Translations under genes and position numbers: made by a program
Notes under the pieces: model-generated
What the model was told of the DNA's origin: nothing
Seen by the model: only the letters and a program-made list of their open reading frames with translations
Databases searched by the model: none
Shown here: positions 1 through 11,432 of the stretch, in pieces
Layout of the letters: every line of letters begins with the position of its first letter
How positions within the stretch are numbered: the first letter of the stretch is position 1
DNA from: Vezdaea acicularis
Taxonomy: Eukaryota
DNA length: 62,103 nt
Reading direction: 5' to 3'
Assembly: GCA_026025075.1 (NCBI GenBank)
Contig: JAPEUI010000045.1
Span: 62,001 to 124,103, forward strand

Positions 1-312
1 CCCTATGGCCAGTCGCAGCAGTACGGACAGCAGCCATACGGCCAGGCCCCTGTCGACCAGAAAGGCGCCGTCGCAGGATACGCACCCGTGTCCGGCTACG
101 ACCAGAACGCTCCGGCTTACCAACAACCCCAGCACACCGGCGTCAGTTCCGCATCTGGCGGTGGCGTCGCTCCAGGCTATACCCCGATCTCCTCCGAGCG
201 CTCCGGCCCTGACTTGGGTCCCACGCCCGGTACCCACGGCAACACGACAGGAACGAGCAACGAGCTGGCCAGCCCCGAACAAGCCCCCCGCTACGAAATG
301 GGAACTCATTAA
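1..312 (+). CDS. 3' end of an unidentified gene (Q/Y/G/P-rich low-complexity C-terminus), 5' part outside the window
   Basis: Frame 1 is open from base 1: PYGQSQQYGQQPYGQAPVDQKG...PRYEMGTH, ending TAA at 310-312. Strong C-ending codon bias. Confidence 0.7.
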   Translation, partial: PYGQSQQYGQQPYGQAPVDQKGAVAGYAPVSGYDQNAPAYQQPQHTGVSSASGGGVAPGYTPISSERSGPDLGPTPGTHGNTTGTSNELASPEQAPRYEMGTH

Positions 313-1017
313 AGCATCAACCTCCATCTTCCTTCACCTTTTTCTTTACATGCCTCCGACCCAACTCTGCATACTGGCTCTTATAATAGTAGGGGTGATG
401 GTTTGGGCGAAGAGGGGGAGGGGAATCACGGAATTTTTCTTTTCCTGTTTTTCTTGTCCTTGTCCTTGTAGCTGGGAGCTTAGGGCTGGGTTGCGTCACG
501 CGGCTTATTCGAACGAGAGCGAGTGCTAGAGGCTATTCAAACCCCTCCACCCCCCCCCTCTTCTTTTTTTTTGCTCTCCGAGGGGTCCTTTCTGTAGAAA
601 GATTCATGGGGCTGTGGGATAGGGGGTTAGCACATATTTTTCCATGACGCTTGCAAGAACCCTTTCTCGGCGCGGTTCATGTCTCGTGATACTCATCCTC
701 TCCCCTCTCTTGAGTGATACGTGATTTACCGTTTTGATTCACCCCTTTTCTAAGTGAAGTCGATGCGACTGCTATTGTTGTACTCTGGATCAACAAACGC
801 GGCGTGAAACCAATTGATATGCTCGTAGGGCAGTCTATCTATTTAGGTCACATCTCATATTGTGGTCCACGAAGTATGTACTGAAGCATCAAAACAGGAA
901 GTCTTTGAAGTATCATCATCCGCGAATATGTCGTACAAAGCAGGCCTCTCAAGGAACTTGTGGTGGCGTTCGTTCGTGGCAAGTGCCCAAGCCGCCAAAA
1001 ACCGCCTCCACGAAAAA

Positions 1018-1912
1018 ACTTTCTGTTCCTGCTCGCGAAGCGAAGTACCTTCCCACGTATTTTATGATGGGAGGTACTTCCAGCTCATACATCTTTGAGG
1101 TTGGTCGTAATCTGATTCGGGGAATTAGTTCAAATACATCTATAAGCTACAATTCCGCTCCTAAAACTTGATTATCGGCACTGGCGAAGACGCTATCTTG
1201 GATTTAGATGCGATGCGGATTCTCTCGTGGGAGAATGGGAACGGGAAATTGGAAGGTCATGTGGTTGTCATGTGATAAATCTGGAGTTTATGCGTTGCAG
1301 TGGTGTTACGCGCTTTCTATTCGTGCTTGCGAAGAGATGTACCTTTCTGTACGATTTGCATGGGAAGGTACTTTGAGCTTTACCATCTTTGAGGTTGGTT
1401 GTAAGCTGATTTGGGGGATTAGTTCAAATACATCTATGAGCTATAGTTCCGCCCCTGAAATCGAGTTATCAGCACCTGCAAAGGTAGTATTGTGATTTCA
1501 GATGCGACGCGGATTCCGTCGTGGAAAAATGAGGACGGGAAATTGTAGGGTCATGTGGGTGTCAGGTGACGGTTGCGAGCTTCACGCATTGCAGTGGTGC
1601 AACCACTTTCTTTCGCTTGCGGCTCGTGAAGTACCCCCTCATACAGCTTTTGCCTTGAAAGTACTTTGAGATTTCCCATCTCCAGGTTTAGTCGTAATCT
1701 AATTTGGGGGACTAATTCAAATACATCTATGGATTATAATTCCGCTCCTGAAATCGAGTTATCGGCACTTACGAAGGCTGTATCTTGAATTTGGAGGCGA
1801 TCCGGCTCCTGTCGTGGGATTATGGGAACGAGAAAATTGCAAAATCACGCGGAGGTCATGTGATAGCTCTAAACTTTATGCGTTGCAGTGACAAAACACC
1901 GACCACTTTCGC
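1018..1912. repeat. Three diverged tandem copies of a ~293-294 bp non-coding unit
   Basis: CAAATACATCTAT recurs at 1131, 1425 and 1718. Flanking blocks (TTCCGCYCCT, TTATCRGCA, TTGCAGTG) also recur in register. Confidence 0.9.
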
Positions 1913-2274
1913 CCTTACCGAGTCCAAGGGTGCTTGCTCTTACAGGGGCGAGGAGGATGGCCCCCAACAGATAAGATTCTGACTAATATTTTAGCAACCT
2001 TCGGTTGTATACACGTACAGTCAAGAATGCGGGGCCCATATGGTCTTTCTGATGTGTGCTCCATGCTTCGGAGGAGATATGACGTCAAATTTCCGCCACT
2101 TGAGCGTGGGAGGACATGGAGGAGAACGCAATGGTAAGCATAGGTCCAGAGACTTGCATGTGAGTACGGAATGTCGCCGGTGATGTTGATAGCTAATTTG
2201 GCAGCTGCACTCTTCTAGAGCCATCGCAAATACCCCACACTGTTCCGCCCCTTCCCGGCCCAAAGCTTCATTTC

Positions 2275-2284
2275 TTATATAAAA
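2275..2284 (+). promoter_or_regulatory. TATA box of the NmrA-like gene
   Basis: TTATATAAAA about 95 bp upstream of the ATG at 2375. Confidence 0.55.
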
Positions 2285-2374
2285 GCCCCTCCATACCCCG
2301 CTTTCGTCTCCATTGCACATCATCATTCGTTACAGCAAGCTTCAACTCCATTCATATAGACTTTTTGAACTACA

Positions 2375-3503
2375 ATGTCGTCCCACAAAGTCGTCGTCGT
2401 CTTTGGCGCCACAGGCAAGCAAGGTGGCTCTGTCATCAAGGCCTTGCTGAGTGATCCCCAGACCGCAAAAGAGTTCAAGATCCGCGGGATCACGCGAGAC
2501 CCAAGCAAGCCAGCTGCTCAAGCTCTAACTAAGCAAGGAGTGGAATGCGTTGCTGTAGGTATTGCTTATAAAGCTCCATCCCCTGATAGTGAACCCAATT
2601 GACGTGGTTCTAGGGTGACTTGAACTCCAAAGAATCACTAGATAAAGCTATCAAGGGAGCATATGGCGTCTATGCCGTAACAAACTATTGGGAGAAGATG
2701 GACGGCAAAGTCGAGGAAGAGCAGGGCCGCACAATTGCAGACATTTGTAAGAAAGAAGGCGTTCAGCATTTGATCTGGAGCAGTCTCTACAATGTAACAG
2801 AACGTACGTCCCACTCCCAAGCTATCTAGGTACTGTCGACCACAATTGCTAAGAGGCTACGGTCTAAAGTCACCGGTGGAAAGTACCAAAAAGTCTACCA
2901 CTTTGACTCCAAAGCTCACGTTGAGGAGTACATTCGTTCCATTGGCGTTCCCGCCACTTTTTTCATGCCGGGCTTCTACATGTCGAATTTCTCAGGTGGT
3001 ATGATGAAAGAAATCCCAAGCGGCGAAATGGCTATTTTCCAGCCCGTTCCGTCTCGCACACCGTACCCTTTGTTCGACGCGGACGAAGATACCGGCAAAT
3101 ATGTCAAGGCGATCTTGAAGCATCGAGACCAGACATTAGGGAAGCGCGTTTTCGGCGCGACAGCGTACTACAATCTAAGTGAGCTAGCAGATACATTCAC
3201 CAAGGTAACTGGCAAGAAAGCAGTGCACCTGGAGGTCACAGGAGAGCAGTTCATGGAGCCCATGATCAAGATGGGAATGCCCCAATTTGCGGCCGAGGAG
3301 TTGCTGCAGAATATGCAGTTCATGACTGACTACGGATACTATGGAAAGGAAAGCCTGGACTGGAGTAACTCGGTAAGTCCGACATTATGTGAAACGTCAA
3401 GATCATCTACTAAACTTTGTACTTTTATTAGCTCTTGGACGAGAAGCCAACAACATGGGCGGAATTCATCAAGACTGTTCCTGCATGGAAGGATCTCAAA
3501 TGA
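2375..3503 (+). CDS. NmrA-like (HSCARG-type) NAD(P)-binding Rossmann protein, 4 exons (2375-2554, 2614-2803, 2870-3372, 3432-3503)
   Basis: N-terminal VVFGATGKQGGSV, plus GAYGVYAVTNYWE and HFDSKAHVEEYIR. GT-AG introns join the exons in frame. Confidence 0.9.
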
Positions 3504-3656
3504 TCCAAGGGGTTTTTAAAGATATGGGGAGATTTGAAAGTCGTATGACCGGCCCTGCAGGATTAGGTGGTTGTGTAATTAAACTTCAAATATCCTCTCA
3601 AAAGTCTTAAACTCCATAAAATCCTTTTCTGCACCATCACACAAGCCCCTGCTGCC

Positions 3657-4190
3657 TTATGGATGTTGAACTTCATTGGAAGGTTTCGGGATGACCAAAG
3701 CCGGTAGGTGAGTACTTGGGGTGAGGGCAGATGACAGGCAAGCGCTCTGAGGCAGGCGCTCTTCCCCGCCAGTGTCTGAGCCGATGGCGTGGTCGGCGCT
3801 AATCTCGCAGACCCAACTTGAGCATCCTTGGTTCAGAAGTAAAATCCCTGCACACCCCTGATCTGGTCCGGAGCCAAAGGTTCTCAGAGTCTGCAATTGC
3901 GCTGGTACGGCTAGGAGGACGAAGAAAAATGAGAGGAAAGACAGCACCAGGAGCCTACAGAAGCTGTCAAGCAGCTTTTGTCGAAATGCGTATAAGGTGA
4001 AATCAAGAACGACGAGGAGTCAAGGTATCATCGTATCATAGGATCCGAGAAAGAGACAGGAAGAAATGAGGGAACAATACTGGATTTCTGGAATTGAACT
4101 TCTTGAACACGGGCCGACGCTCGATCTCGGAGCTATCTCCTGCGAATCAGTCGGGACGGTGCCATTGGCTGTCAGGATATCCGTGCTCAT
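3657..4190 (-). pseudogene. Possible small membrane-protein gene relic, one in-frame TGA
   Basis: ORF-track ORFs 4020-4322 and 3657-3947 share a frame and are separated only by TGA at 4020-4022. Hydrophobic segments P*LLVVLDFTLYAFR and LLVLSFLSFFFVLLAVP. Confidence 0.3.
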
Positions 4191-4921
4191 GTTTTCATTC
4201 AAGTTAGAAGAGGTCTCCTTGCAGCCTCGCGAGACTGACAAGGTCAGACCTCGGAGTGCCAGACTATCACTGTGCTTGACGTTCCGCAAGCTAGAACTTT
4301 GTCCAACAGCGTAACTTCGCACTGGATTCCTTTTGAGGGCTCAAAATCCCCTTTTTCTTCAATTCCTTAAGTTTCACGGCTAACACTCGTAGTCTCTTAG
4401 CGTGCTATTTTGGTTTACTTTGCGCGCAGTAGAGAGAAAGACCATGACGTTCACCTCGGCAATTCCGCGCCGAGCATGCTGTTTCTTAAGACGCATGTTG
4501 ATAAGGGTTCAACCAATCCGTCGTATCAACATAACACCATAGCCCGAAGGGCCCCAGGTACGATCGGTCAGAACTTTGAGTCCCGAAAGCAGAATTCCAT
4601 GTGTGATTCAGTTCCGAGGGTCGCTGATTGGATCCCAAAACGCTCTTTATTTGCTGATCCGCACTAGCAACCAGCGATTGATGAATCTTTTACCGGCTCC
4701 ATTGCCACTTCGGAAAAACTCCTAATTGCCGTCGCAAGCGTCCTGGCATTTTGCGTACTAGGAATGCCTTTAGTCATAATGACGAAGGCACCCGCTAGGG
4801 CGTTGCCTCGGCCCGCAATGCTAGAAGTATATAAAATATCTGGCCTATCCTATAATTCTTAGCGATCAATCACCAACGAGACTTTTGGGCTGAGAGTAAC
4901 ATATATCTGAGTCACTTCAAA

Positions 4922-6124
4922 ATGGGCGTTTAAGAAGTACAGAAATTCCAAGGATGGGTGGGCCTGGACAAGGAGTCCGCCAATGGAAACTTGAAGTATC
5001 AGGAGTATGAGCCAAAGAAATGGCAAGAGGACGATGTAGACATCAAAATTACGCATTGTGGCGTCTGTGGTTCAGATCTCCATACTCTACGCAGCGGATG
5101 GGTATGTTGCATTCCCGGTTTCTGAATCTAGTTTACTACCATGCTAACTCTTACTCTAAGGGTCCTACTATGTATCCTTGTGTTGTTGGCCATGAGATCG
5201 TCGGCACAGCCGTCCGTGTTGGTAGCAAGGCTCAAAACGAAATCAAGTAGGTTTCTTACAGTACTCCGAATCAATTGCGTAGACTAAGACAGGTTTAGGG
5301 TCGGAGATCGCGTTGGTGTTGGGGCACAGTCTGATTCTTGTCTAAAACCCGATTGCGAACCATGCTCGCAAGGTCTTGTAAACCATTGTCCGCGGAAGAC
5401 GGATACATATAATGGAAAATATGCCGATGGGAGCAAATCTTATGGAGGGTACGCCGAATACGCTCGAGTTCCTTCACGCTTCGTGTTTAAGATCCCAGAT
5501 GCCATCCCATCCGAGGAAGCTGCACCAATGCTGTGTGGGGGGATCACTGTCTTTTCACCTCTTCAGCAGAATGGAGCCGGCCCTGGTAAGAAGGTTGGCA
5601 TTATTGGCATCGGCGGCCTCGGCCATTTCGGGCTGCTCTTCGCAAAGGCGCTTGGCGCTGATGAGGTCGTGGCGATTTCGAGAAGCTCGACGAAGAAAGC
5701 GGACGCCCTGAAAATGGGAGCGGATAAGTTCATCGCCACAGAAGAAGACAAGGATTGGGTAAAGAAGAACGCAATGTCTTTGGACTTGATTGTGTGCACA
5801 GTATCCCAGCCAAGCATGCCGCTTGCAGATTATCTTAAGTTGCTGAGGCTGAAGGGCCGATTTGTGCAGGTCGGAGCCCCAGAAGAGCCACTGCCGCAAA
5901 TCCCGGCATTCTCCCTTATTATGACTGGAGTCAGTATTGGTGGCTCTATGATCGGGACACCGGAAGAGATTAAGTATATGCTAGATCTCGCCGCTAAAAA
6001 AAATGTCCACGCGTGGATTCAAACGAGACCTATGAAGGAAGCCAACAAGACAATAGTCGATATGGATGCAGGGAAGGCGCGGTATCGTTTTGTCCTTGTC
6101 AATCAAGGCCAGAGCAGCCTTTGA
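4922..6124 (+). CDS. NADP-dependent Zn-binding alcohol dehydrogenase (ADH6/cinnamyl-ADH-like), 3 exons (4922-5101, 5161-5246, 5299-6124); codon 4 is TAA, so possibly a pseudogene
   Basis: Motifs HCGVCGSD, GHEIVG, GDRVGVG, structural Zn C-x3-C-x2-C-x7-C, APMLCGGITV, GIGGLGH and RYRFVL. TATA at ~4828 and CAAAATGG start context. Confidence 0.85.
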
Positions 6125-6501
6125 ATGGTTGCGGTTGAGTGTATATAGTACGTTTCACGCATAAGGAAGGAGATAGACATAGACGTTAGATTGAATGAAG
6201 CAAAAGTCTTCTACAAATTAGTGCTAAGAATGGCTCTACTATCCCTGCGAGCAGAACATTCGCTATGAGAACCGTGATACTGTAATCTTTTCGGGGATAA
6301 AAGTTGTCGCCTTGGGTCTTTCACGTGATACACAAATCTCCAGGTCGAACCCTACGCGAACGCCCACGCAAAGCGAACTTCGCGAACTCCGAATCGATAT
6401 TTCAATCACGACCACAGCACCTTGTGACATCGCCCAGTGAGCTTTGCCTGAAGACATCCTACAAATATCGAACAAAAGCTAATGTTTGCAACCTCTCAGC
6501 A

Positions 6502-7038
6502 ATGTCTAGCAAGACCAAGACAGGCGGCAAGGCCGGCCGCTCCGCCATTGCGGACGTCGTGACTCGAGAATACACAATCCATCTCCATAAGAGGGTACAG
6601 TCTCTTTTCTTGAAACTCAAAAGGAGAATTCACATTCATGCTCGGTTCTACGGTCTTGAGTAAACGGGTCACTGACCAAAATGGGTGGTTCCAGGTACAC
6701 GGTGTCTCATTCAAGAAACGGGCGCCACGAGCTATTAAGGAGATTCGGAGGTTTGCAACGAAGGCAATGGTATGCACGAGATGCCTTTACTGTGGGGCAT
6801 AGTTCCATCGATTAACCTTCTCTTTCGGCAGGGCACACATGATGTTCGTCTCGATCCTCAACTGAACAAGAAAGTGTGGGAATCGGGCATCAAGGGCGTT
6901 CCATTCAGACTACGAGTCCGCATCTCGAGAAAGCGTAACGATGAAGAGGGCGCGAAAGAGAAACTCTACAGTCTCGTTCAGGCTGTCAATGTGAAGAATC
7001 CGAAGGGCTTGCCGACGACAGTTGTGGAGGACGCGTAG
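6502..7038 (+). CDS. RPL31: 60S ribosomal protein L31 (eL31), 3 coding exons plus a probable 5'UTR intron
   Basis: [35 protein letters not shown]...|[16 protein letters not shown]...[12 protein letters not shown]. Confidence 0.97.
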
Positions 7039-7270
7039 GTGAGGTGTATTATGGGATGGGTTTCGGGGATGCAAAGGGCTGTGGATCTAGCTCAATTCCA
7101 AAAAGCTCTTTCAATGGCACATACTTGCATCAGGAAATATGAGACTGGTTATCGAAGGGTTTGATTTCAGGTGATTGGTTGATCCAAATCGCTATGCTAA
7201 ACTCCACCCCACGCCAGCATACGCCCCTGAAAAATGCAAAATACAGCCAAAGCTCAAGCGTTGCAACAAC

Positions 7271-8967
7271 CTAGCTTGGTTCATCAGGTACGAACACACC
7301 ATCCTTGCACAAGACAACCACCTTCTTGAAGAAACGTCTCCATTCAAGAGGATCGCCCTTGACCTTCACGAATCGTACTTCCAATAACCCTCCCTCGCCC
7401 GCAGCTTCCCCAGGTGTCTTCTCCACAACAATGTCACCACTCATGCCGCATTGTCTTCCATCTATCGTTTTTACTTTGATCCATGCGGTGTCTTCCATAC
7501 CCTGAAGGGCTGATGCCGAAAAGCTTGGGGCAGGTACTCCCTGTCGATGCAGCGATTCCGACAACATGGGTAGGAGCACATTGTGCGGTAGATGGGAGAA
7601 GAAACGGGTCAGAGAGTGCGACGGGACGATGTCTTGGAAGCGTTGGGCGTGCTGAGTAAGGTTGAGAGGTATTCGTGATGCTGCCGTGAACTGCGACATG
7701 CTTGGATCCTCTGCCAGATAGTTATGCTGAGATGCACGGCCCATAGTGACATGCGTAGGCTGGCTTGCGCTCCACCTTTCGTTCGCGACTATACGTGGAG
7801 GTCGCTCCCATTCGAATACGTCATCGCCGATAGGGGTTTCTGGCTGCGTGGAGGCAAATCTTGCTGGAACTGTATCGTCAACATCCATACCATCCGTATC
7901 TGCAGAACGCTGACTCTGCTGGGAGGCCTTAGGCTGTTGACTGAAATCAATCTTGAGAGATTCGAGCATTTGGGTCGCAAGGGAGATTGGACTGGCCATC
8001 TTGCCATCTGATGTCAACAAGGGGTTTCGCCTTGTAAACCAGGGGTGCCGCCGGACGTCTTCGAAGGTGAAGCGCGTGGATGCTTCAATCTTCATCATGC
8101 CTCGTAAAAGAGAAAGAACTGCCGCTGGAGGTTTCTTCCAAAGTTCATCGCTGCTCCGTCCGCCTGATTTTTCGTACTCGTAGAATTCCCAGTTGTCGGG
8201 GGTTGGCGCGTCCCAAGGCGTGTTGCCTACTAAGAGTACAAAGAGAACAACGCCACATGACCAGACGTCGACTTGATCTGCGTAGTAACCAGAGATACTT
8301 GTCGAGCTCCTAGGCTCAGAGCTTTTGCCACAGGCAATGACTTCGGGTGCAGTATAAGGTGGACTGCCACACATCGTCTTACTCATCTTGCGCCTGTTAT
8401 GGTATGAGAAAAGCGTCGCAAGACCAAAGTCTGCAAGCTTCAAGTCCCCAGTCGACGAAAGCAAGATGTTCTCCGGCTTGACATCTCGATGGGCGATACC
8501 TTTCGAGTGCATCCACCCAACACCACTGACCAGTTGTTTGAAGTAGAAGTGTGCAATGTCTTCGCTCACTCCCACGTCTGCTTCGATTTTATCAAAGAGA
8601 TCTCCTCCTTCCGCAAATTCCATGGCAATCCATCTCCATACTGAGTCCTCACCTGTTGCAAAGTATTCAATAATATTCTGATGTTGGCCTATATGGCTTT
8701 GTAAGGATACCTCCATGGCGATCTGCTTTGCTGAGATTCTGCCATGGCGTACGGCGTAAGCTTTATGAATGAATTTGACAGCGAATACCGGCGTTGGTTG
8801 ATCTGGTGGAATTGCTTTCTTGATCCTGCGAGCAAAAGTCAAGATTTGTCCATATGAACACTAAACTGCGTGAATTATTCTTACGAAGCATACGCTCCAC
8901 GCCCAATGGTCTTCGATATGATGCGGAAAGGGAGATCTGGAGGTAGTGGGTCAAGCTGCGACTGCAT
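7271..8967 (-). CDS. chk1: Checkpoint Ser/Thr kinase Chk1, 2 exons (8967-8885, 8825-7271)
   Basis: MQSQLDPLP..IGRGAYA, HRDVKPEN, DFG and APE kinase motifs; ASTQP/SASQP SQ-TQ cluster; C-terminal LTRFFS and KGDPLEWRRFFKKV. Confidence 0.93.
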
Positions 8968-9573
8968 CAATGGTTCTACTGTTAGCTTCATATTTCGACT
9001 TTATTTACTCGGCTCTCGAAGGGAAAGATAAAATGTGCAAAATACGGGGAAAGCGAGGTTTGGATCGTGTAGAAGCAGAAATTTGCTAGCTTAAAAACAA
9101 AACTTGGAGCTTCTTCTTCGAGACAGAGCAGAGAGTACTTACCATATCTAATCATATGCGCAAGGGTCGAGGCTCTCTGATTCTAGATGATCCGTTACGT
9201 CCAATCGATCGCAAGACAGTCGCATCGGGGTTTGAAGGTAATCCGTGTGCCAGGCCATGGTTGGCTGCAGGGATCTGATTACGCGAGCCCGAACGGCCGT
9301 TCACTAGCGCCCGCATCTCATGCGACGTGCCCCGCGCGACCGTTGCCTCCATACGGTCTCGCTTCGCGCAGCAGTAAACACAACCGATTGCCTTCCAAAG
9401 CATTGAAGCCCAGCACCGTTCGTTTATTGTTTAACTTGCTGTTACAACCCACAAAGCCAACTCTTTACCAGTCAGTCAGTTGCATGGCCCACTCCTCTCA
9501 TCTCTTGCCAGCTTTCTGATAATCCACCTCTAGCTTGCAAGTGTCCATACCTTACTCGGACGATTTGATGGCC

Positions 9574-10279
9574 ATGCCTTACGATATGGAGGATATTCAG
9601 AACTCTGCGCCCGGTCAACCCAATGCTGCTCAGACAGTCAAATTGGCTACTCCTACAAGTCGCAATGATACCCAGAGTGTCACCAAGCGGTATTTCTCTC
9701 TGTCCGGCTCAGGGGCGCATATCAGCTCCAAAGCGCTTATGTGCCCGAGCGCCATTCTGGGAAAGATAAACTAACCTACTTTATGATAGGCTTCAGACCG
9801 AGTTGATGCAACTCATGATGTCTGGGACCCCGGGTATATCTGCTTTCCCTAACGGTGACGGAAACCTACTCAACTGGACCGCGACTATCGATGGGCCTGA
9901 CGAGACCTATTATGCTGGGCTTCAGTTCAAGCTCTCCTTCGCTTTTCCAAACAACTACCCTTATGCGCCACCAGCTGTCCTCTTTAAGACCCCTATATTC
10001 CACCCGAACGTTGACTTTGCTGGGAGAATCTGTCTGGATATCCTAAAGGACAAGTGGAGTGCTGTCTACAACGTCCAGACTGTGCTTTTGAGTCTGCAGA
10101 GCTTGCTTGGCGAACCTAATAAGTAAGTCTAGTGACAGTAACATTCTCTGGATATACGTCACTCATTCTGCACTAGTGCATCTCCTCTCAACGGTCAGGC
10201 TGCAGAACTTTGGGACAAGAATCCAGTCGAGCTGAAAAAGCTTATTCTTGCTCGCCACCAAGATATTGATGATGAATAA
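9574..10279 (+). CDS. ubc11: Ubiquitin-conjugating enzyme UBE2C/E2-C (Ubc11-like), 3 exons; start may be 9568, 9574 or 9586
   Basis: [67 protein letters not shown]. Confidence 0.9.
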
Positions 10280-11432
10280 GTTGTTCGTGCAATTGCAACG
10301 GTTTCAAACTCTTCCTACCCGCCTACTCTGAAAACTGATTGATAGCGGGCCCGCGAACTCCAGTTTGGTAAAGGACCTAGTTTTCCGTATTCGGTGTAAG
10401 ACAGCTGTGGTTTTTGATTTATACAAGCATTGCGAGGTCGTTGGGCAAACAGGTTAAGGGTGAAATTGCATAAGTTGTCGATTTAGACAATTTTCGGAGG
10501 GCAAATCATGGGGGCGACAATGACAATAGGCGGAAGCTTGAATAGCAACGACTGACTCCATACCTATCAAAATATTTCGCACTCTGCATTGAGTGATCTT
10601 TGTCGAAATGTTACATGGCAATACGCAGCCAACATCGCGATCACACATATCTTTAAAAGGTCAAGTGTATTATTAGAATAGTATGAGCCATTCTTGATAT
10701 TGTCTTGACACTGGCTTGAGGTTAGGGCGGGTCCAAAAATGCACATCACGATCAGTTCAGAGCCACCGTGGGCTCTTGAGCCAACCTCGAGCACGTACGT
10801 TGAACGTTCGAGCGAATTGATCACATAGGTAAATATCAGAAGAATCTCAAGTACACGATACTGTTCTGAGCCCAAGTAGAATGATTATGGCATCAAAGGG
10901 TTCAGAGGGGTGACGGGTAGCCTTCGTTGATTGGACCCCTCACTAAGTATCCTATCTAAGACGCACAATACTGTAATTGAGCTAGTAGATCTGATATCGC
11001 GTGAAATTTCCTCTAGCACCGTTTGTGAATCTTTTTGGGGCGCTCTCGACGGCATTGTTCTGGCATGGGAAGCTGCAGGAACTCTTCCCGTGGCGCTTCA
11101 AGTCTTGCGTCGTTCGATAGCCCGCCCAAACTTCGACCTATGAACAAGACCGGAGTGCCTTCTGATGCATGATGTCAACCACGGTGTGCTGCAAAAGAGA
11201 CACATTGGGCGTGCAGAGCTGTTCCCAAGTCAGCGGTACAATTTAGGGGGGATGGGAAAAGACGAAGCTGTTTGAGAGTGGGAGATATCTGAGTCGGCAA
11301 TTTCTTTTTAGACCGGCCGGGATGTCATTTTGCAGGCAGCCGGAAACAGCTTCTTGGAAGCTCAATCCGATCTTTGATTCTTAGATCTACGGATTGCTCG
11401 TAGAGATTCTCCATGCAGGGACGTCAGGGAGA

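Noticed and set aside
1018..1912. CRISPR-like array
   Set aside because: Eukaryotic context; whole units are homologous, with no repeat-unique spacer structure.
4931..4933. Alternative genetic code (TAA as sense)
   Set aside because: TAA terminates other genes in the window normally (e.g. 310-312, 10277-10279).
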